A stretch of 64,000 nucleotides of DNA from an uncultured virus (IMG/VR IMGVR_UViG_3300005549_000008) (Duplodnaviria; Heunggongvirae; Uroviricota; Caudoviricetes). How positions within the stretch are numbered: position 1 is the stretch's first letter; every line of letters starts with the position of its first letter. A model generated the notes under the pieces. That model made no database searches, had not been told where the DNA came from, and saw nothing but the letters and a program-made list of their open reading frames with translations. Below are positions 17,573 through 27,141 of this stretch, piece by piece. The position numbers and the translations under genes were made by a program. The stretch is from the IMG/VR virus record IMGVR_UViG_3300005549_000008; one strand, given 5' to 3'.

Positions 17573-17926
17573 TGGAGCCGCCGGGAATCGAACCCGGGTC
17601 CGCAGAGGGTTCTTCTAGAGCTCGCTCACGCGCGTAGTCACGATTGGAGCCCGTGACAGCTCATTGGGGGCAATGTGCCCTCCACCACTCGGCCTCAGCT
17701 TCGGTGGGCAGCGCCAGCCGAGGATGCGCGCCACCTATCTCTTGTGGTTTACGCCGCGGCTCTACTAGAGATCCTGAAGCAGCGACGGCTCTTACGCAGC
17801 CTTGAGGGCCGGAAGGGCGTTGCAATTGTCGTTTGCAGTTGACGAGCCCGTTTGATTCTCGGCAGACCAGGCGCTGCCGGCGCGGTCACTCTAGTCGTTA
17901 CCTCCACGTCGAGACCTGTCAGCCCC
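17573..17926 (-). ncRNA. ssrA: tmRNA; tag peptide ANDNCNALPALKAA*
   Basis: 5' end GGGGCTGACAGGTCTCGAC and 3' end CCGGGTTCGATTCCCGGCGGCTCCA give a G3-U70 alanine acceptor. The tag ORF runs 17836-17792; a TTGACC-N17-TAAGGT promoter lies upstream. Confidence 0.95.
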
Positions 17927-17954
17927 GAGGGGTTCTACCTTAACGGCTGGCCCG

Positions 17955-18930
17955 CTAGCGGTCAAGTGCGGTCGTCGCTTGAGTCGACCACGGTCCGGTG
18001 TCGGGTACCGGTGGATCTTGAGAGGAGGCATCGACGCAAAGATCGTGCGCGCCCATGAGGATGGCACGACCTTGAACAAACCCGTCCGGGTTCCTGTCAT
18101 TCTCGTACGCGGCACGCGCATCGCCGATGGCGATCTGCAGGCGCTGGATGACCACGAGGAGATCGCGCCGCGTCGGCTTGCGGGGCAAGATCAATTCGGT
18201 CTCGGCTCCACGATCAGCTTCAGCGCGGCCTCGTCGGGCAGTCGATGTACCGTTCGCAGGATAGTGAGTGCCAAGGCTGCAATCTCCTCGAAGCGAGGCT
18301 CCGGCCATTGTTGGCGCCACGCAAAGCCATTGGGAATGCTGTCCAGGTAAAACGAACGACCATCAGGCGCGCGCAGTTTAGGAACGTGCGAGAAGTCACT
18401 GCCGTGCTGTGGGTCGGGTAGGTCAATCATCAGAGCCGTTTCGTTGTCGCCGCAGAACTGCACGAAGCGCCCTGTCACGGTGTCCTCGACTCTCACCCAG
18501 GGTCGCAGGCGCTTGGGTTGCGTCAGCATATGCTCCAACGCCGCCTGCAGCGGGACGCTCAGCTCGTCCAGTCTCACGGAACCCATACCATCCAGCGTTG
18601 GGAGCTGGCGCACACGCGGCGGCGCCAGCATCGGCTCTGCCGCGGCAGCTGGATGATGCGGATCGGGCGCTGCAGCTGGAGACGGCGGAGTTCATCCGCG
18701 GCGAGCTTCGACCACAGCAGGATCTTGGCGAGGTGAGCCCGAGTTTTGGTGATGAAGTCACTGACGATGATGCTGGTGAGAGACCACGCAGATTGTGTTT
18801 CAACCGAGATGGTGATGAGCCCCATGGTCTGGGTCATCGTGGCGTTCGTGGTGACGTTCCGGTCGTAGCGATAACGATACGGCTCGCGCTGCAAGAAGAA
18901 CTCGGGCTCTGGATCCAAGAAGGCGATCAC
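17955..18930 (-). other. Three hypothetical genes downstream of the recombinase (stops at 18574, 18191, 17955)
   Basis: Co-oriented ORFs; exact starts of two are uncertain. Confidence 0.5.
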
Positions 18931-19955
18931 AGCAGTCCCTTGCCGGGGTTGTCTTGGAACGGATTGGCGAGACGGATGTACTCCCGAAACGACTCGTAGC
19001 TGTCATGCCGACTGTGCTGCATGATGCGCCACTCGGGATGACCTGCTCGGGCGGCTTCGGTGATGAAACCGGCACGCAGAGAGTGAGCACTGAACTTCAA
19101 GCTCGGGTTCTCGGGGACGAGCTGGGCCCGGCGCGTCCACTTCTGCACGATAGCATTCACCTCGCGTTCGACGATGCGCTCGGGAGCGAGCTCCCCATAC
19201 CAGGTGCGTCCGAACAGCGCCTCGTCCGCCGGCTGCACGTCGGGCACCTCGAGCCAGGCCCGTAGCGCGCGCAGCGGACAGAGATCGGTGTTCTCCGCGG
19301 GCTCGACCGGGATGGCCTCGCCGGCACCTTCTTGATCGGTCTTGCTGGTCCAGATGCTGAGGACAGCGCCATGTTCGAGCAGGGCCACGTCGCGACGATT
19401 GAGGGCAGCGATTTCACTGCGTCGGAGCGCCGCCGCCCAGCCCAGGAGCAAGACTGCCTTGTCGCGGATAGCCACGGGCTCGGTAGCGGGCATGCGCGCG
19501 ACGATGGCCCGCAGATGAGCCACGAGCAGCGGCGCCGCCTGTTGCACAGCTAGCTTCAGCGCGTTCTTGACCTTGCGCACGTGGTTACGGACATGAACCG
19601 ACTCCCGCGGCGACACGAAACCATTCAGTCGATGGAAGTAGGAAATCGCCGACACTGCGCGATCGATGGTCGCTGGTTTGCACATGCCGGCGCGGCTGTG
19701 GCAGTCGGCAGTGCGCGTGGGATCAGCCAGATGCGTCACGTATAGAATGACCGTCTGTGGGCTGGCCGGCAGCAGCCGCTGGCCGAGCCGCATGCACCAG
19801 TCTTGGAAGCGCCGCCAGTCACCCTCGTACGCGCGCCGTGTATTCGCGGGCGTACCGTCGCGCTGGAGCTCCAATGCTCGACCGTAGAGGCGCGTGGCCT
19901 CCTGGCGCTGGGCAGTGGAGAGCTCGGTCGGATGTGGGAGCTGGATGGAGCTCAT
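18927..19955 (-). CDS. Tyrosine recombinase (Cre-like, with an N-terminal core-binding domain)
   Basis: Motifs NTRRAY..DW..F, RDKAVLLLG...LRRSE, SKTDQEG, HSLRAG, SRH and EYIR; catalytic R-K-H-R-H-Y are all present. Confidence 0.95.
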   Translation of the reverse strand: MSSIQLPHPTELSTAQRQEATRLYGRALELQRDGTPANTRRAYEGDWRRFQDWCMRLGQRLLPASPQTVILYVTHLADPTRTADCHSRAGMCKPATIDRAVSAISYFHRLNGFVSPRESVHVRNHVRKVKNALKLAVQQAAPLLVAHLRAIVARMPATEPVAIRDKAVLLLGWAAALRRSEIAALNRRDVALLEHGAVLSIWTSKTDQEGAGEAIPVEPAENTDLCPLRALRAWLEVPDVQPADEALFGRTWYGELAPERIVEREVNAIVQKWTRRAQLVPENPSLKFSAHSLRAGFITEAARAGHPEWRIMQHSRHDSYESFREYIRLANPFQDNPGKGLL

Positions 19956-20031
19956 TGGCAAAACCAGTACAGGGCATCCAGAGCGAACCAGATCGCAAAG
20001 GCTAGGATGCTGCGCGCTTTGCTCTTCAGCA

Positions 20032-20878
20032 TCAGCAGGTCACCCAGTTCGGCGGCGGCCGATCTTTGAAGCCCCGAGCCTTGACCGGCCAATAATTGGC
20101 GAGCTCTTTGCCGCAGACCGTGCAGATGAGAATGCGCCAGTAGCGGCTCGTCGAGTTCGAGAGAACACTCAGGTTGTTACGCTTGACGTCGTTGTACTTG
20201 ACGCACGACGTCTGATGCTCGCGCCCCGCCTTGCCTCCACACCATAGGCGTGTGTTCTTGGAACTTCCCGAGGTGCGCCGCTCTTTGAGCTTGCGTCGGT
20301 TTAAGGCAGCAGGTCGCATGGCTAGTCCCGGAGCAGCTCCCGGTAGCGCAGTTTACCATCTTCCCCGCGGTGCGGATCAACCACAACCCGCATGCTGCCT
20401 GGCACCTGTTTCAGGAATGACTCCTGGTTGGCGATCTGGCCGATGCGAGCAAACGCGACGTTCATGCTGCGCATGCCATCATGGAGCTTGATCAGGCTAG
20501 AAAATACTGCCACGCAGGCCACGTTCGGGTGGTCCGCGAGGTTGATCAGGGACACGGTTCCGTCCGGATTCTTTGGGACAAAGTAAGACTCGATCACGAC
20601 TCTGGAGATGGTCCCAGGCTTCATTTTGCTACCTTGAGGCGCTCCAAGTAGCACCCGTGGTGGCCACAGATTAGCGGATACTCCACGTTGTCACTGATCA
20701 CGTCGCACCGCCAAGCGAAGTCGTGCGGCGCGCAGGAAATCGTCCCCGTTTTACCGTGAGCGGCGAGCCAGGTCTGAGCCGGGCGAAGCATTTCCTGCTG
20801 AGTGAACGGCGGCTCGCGCGCGCAGCTGCACCCGAACAGCAGCACCGCGAGTGCCATCGCAACGCGCGCCCTAGTCAC
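20032..20878 (-). other. Three short hypothetical genes (the one at 20621-20878 is lipoprotein-like)
   Basis: Consecutive ORFs; lipobox-like LLFGC in 20621-20878. Confidence 0.55.
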
Positions 20879-22316
20879 GAAACAACTCCGGAAGGTCGAG
20901 TGCGATGTTCACCAAGCACGCGCCGAGCCGCGTCGCTTCTTCGTGCATCGCGTGGGACAGATGGTCATCGACGGTGTGGTGCACGTACTCATGGAGCAGG
21001 AGGTCCAGCACTTTGACGTCGCGCACCGGGCGCCGGAACCACTCCTCGCCGAGCAGTCCGTAATTCAGGACCATCTCGCTACCGACCGCATCAAAGCAGG
21101 CCTCCCATTTCGCCTTGGGTTCGTTCACGATGTAGATTCGCACTTGCGACTGCGTGAGCTTTGAAAAAATCGCCTGAGCGAACGTGACGATGCGCTGCAT
21201 GTCGGTTGACCACTGCTCCACAGGGATGACCTGTTCCGGGCGCCCATCCTGACCATAGGGCTTCGGGCTGGGTGTGACCTGTCCGGCGGGTAGGAGCGCG
21301 CCCGCCGCGCGCACATTGTTCCATTGCTCCTTGGAGAAGGCCCCGCCCGGCACCACGGTGTAGCCCTGGCTCATCGCGATCTTTGTGCCCTCGGGATCGG
21401 ACGGATCGACGATCACCGCCTTGTCACCGAAGCGGGCTCGTACCACTGTCTCGACTGCAGGGAGCTCACAGCGGGGGTCGCTCAGCGCATCGTCGACCCA
21501 GGGCGCTTTCGCTTCGGGTAGGCGGTCATGCATCTCGCTCAGTACGGCGACTCGGAGCGAGCGCAGGTAGGCCGGAGGAACATTATTGCGCTCCCAGTTG
21601 ACGGGCACACGCTGCTGGACGTCGTAGTGCCACGCATCGCCCGTTTCCACGACCGGGATACCCATCTCGAAAATGTGGGCCGTCTCGCCCGGGCGCACCG
21701 GGTAGACATGCACGTCGGTGCGGCGCTGAGTGGGTCGCAGAACCCCTTCTTCGTCGGCACGAACCGTGGCGAGCGAACACGAGAACGTGTACAGGATGGG
21801 TCGCTGGTCGAGTAGCTCGCCATTGAACGTCGTTTCGATATGCGCAGGCGGCGCCACCATTCTCACGCCGGCCACCATCTCCTCGAACTCCTCGCGGGTT
21901 ATCTTGAAGGTGCCGGAGAACTCGGTACCCGATGCGGTGCATTGGCTGCTGTGGTACCGTTTGTCACCCTCGATTTTCACCGAGCCCTTGGTGGTCACGA
22001 TGTGTGCGGACTGGGCGAGCGCGATGACAAGCTTCTCACCGAGCTCGAAGCGGCCGCGCTTGGTCGGGTCGGCAGCCTTCTTCGAGTCACGGAACATGGT
22101 GTAGATGCTCTTCAGATCCGCGAACCCTTCCGGGTTGTCGTCGGTCACCACGATGGAGCACGCGGGGCGTCCGGGGAGCACCTTGGCCTGCACGTGCACG
22201 TGCGTGCAGGGCTCATCCCAGGCATTCTGCAGGAGCTCGTAAATGATGAAGGCCTTGGGACGGTGCGCGAGCTTGCGAGCCAGTCCGGCGCGGTCGACAA
22301 CGAGGCTGTGCATCAT
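20871..22316 (-). CDS. GHKL (HATPase_c/MutL-Hsp90-like) ATPase with a C-terminal HExxH motif
   Basis: ELLQNAWD (N box), VTDDNPEG (G1), RGRFELG (G2) and GT (G3); LLLHEYVH near the C-terminus. Confidence 0.8.
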   Translation of the reverse strand: MMHSLVVDRAGLARKLAHRPKAFIIYELLQNAWDEPCTHVHVQAKVLPGRPACSIVVTDDNPEGFADLKSIYTMFRDSKKAADPTKRGRFELGEKLVIALAQSAHIVTTKGSVKIEGDKRYHSSQCTASGTEFSGTFKITREEFEEMVAGVRMVAPPAHIETTFNGELLDQRPILYTFSCSLATVRADEEGVLRPTQRRTDVHVYPVRPGETAHIFEMGIPVVETGDAWHYDVQQRVPVNWERNNVPPAYLRSLRVAVLSEMHDRLPEAKAPWVDDALSDPRCELPAVETVVRARFGDKAVIVDPSDPEGTKIAMSQGYTVVPGGAFSKEQWNNVRAAGALLPAGQVTPSPKPYGQDGRPEQVIPVEQWSTDMQRIVTFAQAIFSKLTQSQVRIYIVNEPKAKWEACFDAVGSEMVLNYGLLGEEWFRRPVRDVKVLDLLLHEYVHHTVDDHLSHAMHEEATRLGACLVNIALDLPELFRD

Positions 22317-24245
22317 TTACCACCATTCTTTCCCCATGGTTCCCGGGCAATCTTGTACGCATTCGCAAAGAACGGGTTGGTTGGCGCCGTTCCTGCTCTC
22401 GGCGGCGGGTTGCTCGGCGTCTCCGTAACGATCGGCCGGGCTCTGAGCTGGATGTACTCGGCGAGGGCATCTCGAGCCGCAACGAGATCGTGCGGCCCCT
22501 CGCCGTCGCAAGCGGTCAGGATGGCTCGGGCGCAGCGCAGCAGGCGCTCGGCGTGGCGGTCGAGAATCGCTTGGGCGCGCGTGGCGTCGAGGTCGGTCAT
22601 GGGAAGGCCTCGGCGATAAGCTGGTCGTGGCGCCCGAGCTCTTTCTTCAGGTCAGCCAGTGCCGTCTCGAGCGCAGACTGCGCGTTGATGGCGACGTCGC
22701 TCGATCCTTCGAGCTCACCGACACCGATGCACGCGCCCCAGGTGCCGTCCTCTTCCTTGGTGATGCCGATGTAGATGTGATCGTCGTAGACCCAGTGGTC
22801 GAACTCGCCACGCGGGTCGGGCGGTATAATAAATCCGCGCCAATGGATGGAGTCACTCATGGGTGTGGAAGCGTCCTTTGTGGAACAACCAGGCATGTGC
22901 CTGAATTCTCAATAGTACGCGGCCTAACCCAAAATCCTCCCCTGGCTCCCGCGGGGTGGCCTGGGAAACCTGCGCCAGTACGGCGCGATCTCGTCTGGCA
23001 GGGTGCCTCCGTCGGTATGGTAGGTGAACGTCTCTACCGAACCCTCGACTACGACCAGGACACGCTCGCCATCCCTGGGTTTGTGGCGGCTCGTGCGGTA
23101 CCAGCGGTTCTCGATCAGCATCGACACGCACAGGATCGACAGGATGAGCAGGACACCGATGAGGATCACCGCTGGAGTCAAGTACCAGACCGGGACGACG
23201 TAGACCTGCTCGCCCTGCAGCGGGCTCACCACGAACGTCGGGGTCAGCCTGGTCATTGAACGAGTTCCCAGCGCGGACGGCCGGCGATCTGGGCAATGCG
23301 GATCTTGTTCGCTTTGCGGAGGCGTTGCAGGCCGCGGTCGATCGCACGCAGAGCATGGCGCATCTGCCCGTCGGGGTCCGCGTGAGTCATGGGAAGATCG
23401 TAGGCGAGCTCTGAAGCCCAGAGAGGCCCTCTCGAGCCAATCTCGGCGACGATCCAGGAGTCGATGTCTTCATTGGGGACCAGTTGTCCCGTCGGTAGGT
23501 TGGCCATGGTGGGTCAGCGAGGTTCGAACCAATCGCTGCAGTACTCCTGCGCATCGAGGACGCGCTCGCCGGTGTCAGGGTCGATCAGGGCGTCAGTGCC
23601 CATGAACCGTTGGTAGTAGACGTTCTGGCAAATTGGTCCGCTCCGGTCGTGACCCACGTAGCGGCAGTTCTTGCAGGAGGATCCTGGAAACGGAACCCTC
23701 ATCGCTGGCTGGTGACTGGCTGGCAGGTGAAAGCGCCGCATGGCGCTGATGCTACCGCAGGCAAGCGCCGGACGTCACCCCGATCACACCTCCTCTTCGA
23801 AACCATGATCATGCGCGAGCTGGCGCACCCAGCGGTCGATCGTACCGGCATCCAGCCGGCCGTGTTCTCCGTTGAGCAGCCCGAGTAGGCCACGCGCGAT
23901 GGACAGCCACTCGTTACCGAGCACCCCGTCGTCTCCGACTGGCATCGTGTAGGCGCTACCGTACTGATGGGCGTACGCCTCGAGCGCATCCATCAACATC
24001 AGGATGGGCTTCTCGAACCGGATGGGCTCGTCCAGGGCGCGACGGTGAGCGTCCCACCAGTGCGGGGGCGGCTCCAGCCGCTTCGCGGCGGCGTCCAATC
24101 CGAACACCCGATCCTCGCCGCGTACGGCCGGCAGACCCTGGTCCCATTCCTCGCGCGTGTAACAGTGGCCGTCCAGTGTCATGACCGGAAGATCATTGAG
24201 CGCATGGGTGGCCTGAAACGGAAGACGGCGTAATTTGGATGCCAT
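22313..24245 (-). other. Six short hypothetical genes (22313-22600, 22597-22896, 22924-23256, 23253-23507, 23514-23741, 23784-24245)
   Basis: Coupled co-oriented ORFs; class B motifs at 22916-22940 and 24255-24280. Confidence 0.55.
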
Positions 24246-24254
24246 GGTGGGTTC

Positions 24255-24296
24255 TACGATGCGGGTGGCAGGAAGCTTCCTTCCGAATTCCCCGTA
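24255..24296. promoter_or_regulatory. Back-to-back class B promoters sharing a GGAAGCTTCC palindrome
   Basis: Minus strand GGAAG(24280-24276)-N17-CGTA precedes ATG 24245; plus strand GGAAG(24271)-N17-CGTA precedes ATG 24307. Confidence 0.75.
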
Positions 24297-24306
24297 GGTG
24301 AGGTTT

Positions 24307-25191
24307 ATGGGTCCACAGCTCAGACAGGCCGTAAATCTGGCATTTAGCTGGCTACTGGTGAGCCTGCTCGGTTTCGCGCTTCTAGGTTGCGCCTCTGCCG
24401 CCTCTACCGATCGGGGCGGTAGCGGCAACGCGGGCGCCGACCCGGCGGTTCGACATGTGCTCCTGCAGCTCAGCCAATCCAACGGCGAGACGCCCGGAGC
24501 GAACGACCCTCCGCCTGGCCTACCGGAACCAGCCATCCCGTACTGGCGCCGAGTCTTCGGTGGCGGCGTCCCGAACGATGACATTGCGGACTCGGAGCTG
24601 ACCACGCTGCGAGTCACCAACAACGGAACCAATATTTACCACGGTCCGGAATTGGCGATGGCATTGGGGGTGCGCGCCGAAGGGTTCGAGACTGCGGTTA
24701 TCAAGATCTGTGCGCGCGGCCAAGACGTGGACACCTGGATGCCGGGAGGTGTCCATCACGAGCTGATGCTGGGGGTGATCACCGACGCCCACCATGCGCT
24801 CGAGGCTCGATTCCCCTCCGAGATCCTGGTCTGGCACCTATCCTTCATCGCCGGGGAAAACTCTGCGAACGACACCAGCGAGGACCGGGCTAGGGCGTGG
24901 GCCGCCAACTTCCGAAGTCTACTCGCATCGATCGAGAGTCACGTCGGGCAAACCATCCATCCGCACATCACACGCATTCATAGCGGGTTGCCGTCAGACT
25001 ACACTTGGAAAGGTACCGTTCGAAGTCAACAGGCGGTCGCGGCGCAGGCCACGAACGGGTTTCTGATCGATGCGGACGGTTACGAAGTGCAGGCGGACAC
25101 CGTCCATCGTACAGGCGCAGGGGCGAACGCCAATGGGTCCGATGTGGCGGCATCGGTACTCGTTGAAATCCGGACCATTCCGTTGTGGTAG
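24307..25191 (+). CDS. Lipoprotein with a sialate O-acetylesterase (SASA/SGNH)-like domain
   Basis: LLGC lipobox; motifs SQSN, GPE, AGEN and DTVH, which match the C-terminal domain of 48007-49827. Confidence 0.65.
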   Translation: MGPQLRQAVNLAFSWLLVSLLGFALLGCASAASTDRGGSGNAGADPAVRHVLLQLSQSNGETPGANDPPPGLPEPAIPYWRRVFGGGVPNDDIADSELTTLRVTNNGTNIYHGPELAMALGVRAEGFETAVIKICARGQDVDTWMPGGVHHELMLGVITDAHHALEARFPSEILVWHLSFIAGENSANDTSEDRARAWAANFRSLLASIESHVGQTIHPHITRIHSGLPSDYTWKGTVRSQQAVAAQATNGFLIDADGYEVQADTVHRTGAGANANGSDVAASVLVEIRTIPLW

Positions 25192-25599
25192 ACTGGGATC
25201 TAATGGCGACGCGCCACACAATATTCTCGGGGCAAGCGAACTTCTTCGACCCAACGCGATCTCCGGGTTGGACAGCAGAATGCAAGCGACGTCTCCGTGC
25301 GCTCCGTAATGCGGGCAAAGCCAAGCGGCAGGAGCGTAAGATGCTGAGGTACTGGCTGGGGCGGCATGATCGATGGCGCGGAATAGGGTCAGGCGAACTG
25401 GGCTGTGACCGCGACAACTGGCAAGAACTCACGGAGCGGTTGCTAAGCGTGCTGCTTAGACCAATCGTGTTCCGTACGGTACGCCAGGCTCCGCGTGCTC
25501 CCGAACAGTGCTGGATAGATGTCGTCCGAGAGGCCCAGGCGGCGGCAACGCATGGATTGGAGATGGCGATCACGCCTGACCCTGGTGTAGGCTTCCCAG

Positions 25600-26376
25600 G
25601 TGACCCAGTGGACCGTTCTGCTGACTGATCTGCGCCACAGCGGCTGTTTAGTCGAGCTAGCTGAGTGTCTTCTGTACGGCCTGCGCGGCCTGGGGCTCAA
25701 CGCCGATCTGTCGAGGCGACCGCTGCCCGGCACGCGCCACATTGTGCTCGACGCTCACCGTCTGACGGAGATCCCGTCGGATAGCATCATCTACCAAACG
25801 GAGGTGCCGGGTTCGGGTTGGTGGAATGCGGCTTACCTCGACAAGTTGCGCCGGCACGAAGTCTGGGAGTACTCCGAAGAAAATGCGCCACGCTATGCCG
25901 ATTACGGGCTCACTCCCCCCAAGGTGGTCTCGCCGGGTTGGGTTCTGGAACTCGAGCGTATCCCGATCGATCAGCCCAAGGAGATCGATGTGCTGTTCTA
26001 CGGCTCACCCTGCGAGCGCCGCACGCAGGTGATGCACGATCTGACGGTGCAGGGACTGAAAACCATGTGGCTCCTCAGCTTCTACGGTCAGGAGCGTGAT
26101 GTGTACATTGCACGCTCGAAGGTCGTGCTCTCGATGCACTTCTATCCCAATGCGCCACGCGACCACGCGCGCACCTTCTACCTCTACACCAATCACGTCG
26201 CCGTCGTAGCAGAGAGCAGCGCGGGCTTCACCGGCACCGCATTCAATCAGCTCGCACCAGAATGTCGTCGCCTGATCGATACACAGCAGTATAAAAAGCT
26301 CGGCGGCGAGGGGTATGACCAGATTCGCGCGCGACCCATGGCGGAGACGATAGGCGCCGCGCTGCAGGCTCCCTGA
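25600..26376 (+). CDS. Putative glycosyltransferase (GT-B-like C-terminal domain)
   Basis: IDVLFYGS...RR...YGQERD..IARSKVVLSMH...VVAE pattern. Confidence 0.65.
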   Translation: MTQWTVLLTDLRHSGCLVELAECLLYGLRGLGLNADLSRRPLPGTRHIVLDAHRLTEIPSDSIIYQTEVPGSGWWNAAYLDKLRRHEVWEYSEENAPRYADYGLTPPKVVSPGWVLELERIPIDQPKEIDVLFYGSPCERRTQVMHDLTVQGLKTMWLLSFYGQERDVYIARSKVVLSMHFYPNAPRDHARTFYLYTNHVAVVAESSAGFTGTAFNQLAPECRRLIDTQQYKKLGGEGYDQIRARPMAETIGAALQAP

Positions 26377-26594
26377 GATGCTCCCTGACGGTCCGCTGTG
26401 CGTGAATTGTGGGCATCAACCTTGCCCGTTCTGCCTCGACTGGTGCGATCACATCACCGAAGACGATGAGCTCTGCTGTGACGCCGAGTGCGTGTACGCA
26501 CCCGGAGAGCACGAAGCATGGATCGAACAACTGGACGCGATCCGGCGGGGGCAGGCGCCCGGAGAGCACGACGCACACTGAAAAGGACATAGTG

Positions 26595-27137
26595 ATGCAC
26601 GGTTCCGTACTGCAATTTGTCGCTCGCTGCCTCCGTCCAATTGAGGTGCGGGGTCAGAATGTGATCGAGCTCGGGGCGTACGACGTGAACGGCTCGGTGC
26701 GGCCGCTCGTGCTGCGCTACGAACCTGCTTCTTACGTCGGTGTCGATCAATTTCCCGGTCCTGGTGTGGATGTAGTGCTCGACGCCACCGCGCTCGATGA
26801 ATTCATGCAGCACAATTTACAGCCGCACTCGTTCGGTGTGGTGATTTCGACGGAGATGCTGGAGCACGCCCAAAATTGGCAGGCGGCGGTCGAGGTCATG
26901 GGGGCGCTCCTGCAGCCAGGTGGCACCCTGATTCTGACCGCGCGTGGCCCAGGCTTCGTGCACCACAATCCGCCGGACTACTGGCGCTTCACGGCGGACG
27001 ATGCGCTGCTGATTGCGAGGCACCTGGGTTTGATCGTCATGGAGATCGAGGATGACCCGCAGGTGCCGGGCTTCTTTCTGAAGGCAAAGAAGCCGAACGG
27101 TCTCGCATTTGCCGTCGAGCGCGCACCTGCGGGCTAA
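26595..27137 (+). CDS. Class I SAM-dependent methyltransferase
   Basis: Motifs VIELGAYDVNG, YVGVD, STEMLEH, LQPGG and DYWRF; AAGGA RBS. Confidence 0.88.
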   Translation: MHGSVLQFVARCLRPIEVRGQNVIELGAYDVNGSVRPLVLRYEPASYVGVDQFPGPGVDVVLDATALDEFMQHNLQPHSFGVVISTEMLEHAQNWQAAVEVMGALLQPGGTLILTARGPGFVHHNPPDYWRFTADDALLIARHLGLIVMEIEDDPQVPGFFLKAKKPNGLAFAVERAPAG

Positions 27138-27141
27138 GCGC

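Noticed and set aside
17573..19955. tmRNA as a host attachment site marking a prophage boundary
   Set aside because: Phage-type genes and the same promoter motifs occur on both sides, I saw no duplicated tmRNA 3' fragment, and no host housekeeping genes are present.
22597..22896. Possible HicB-like antitoxin (ITKEEDGTWGACI)
   Set aside because: The resemblance is weak and the gene lies 12 kb from the HicA-like gene; it cannot be supported without a profile search.
24246..24632. N-terminal extension of ORF 23784..24632
   Set aside because: It overlaps the opposite-strand lipoprotein gene, and the promoter motif places the start at ATG 24245.
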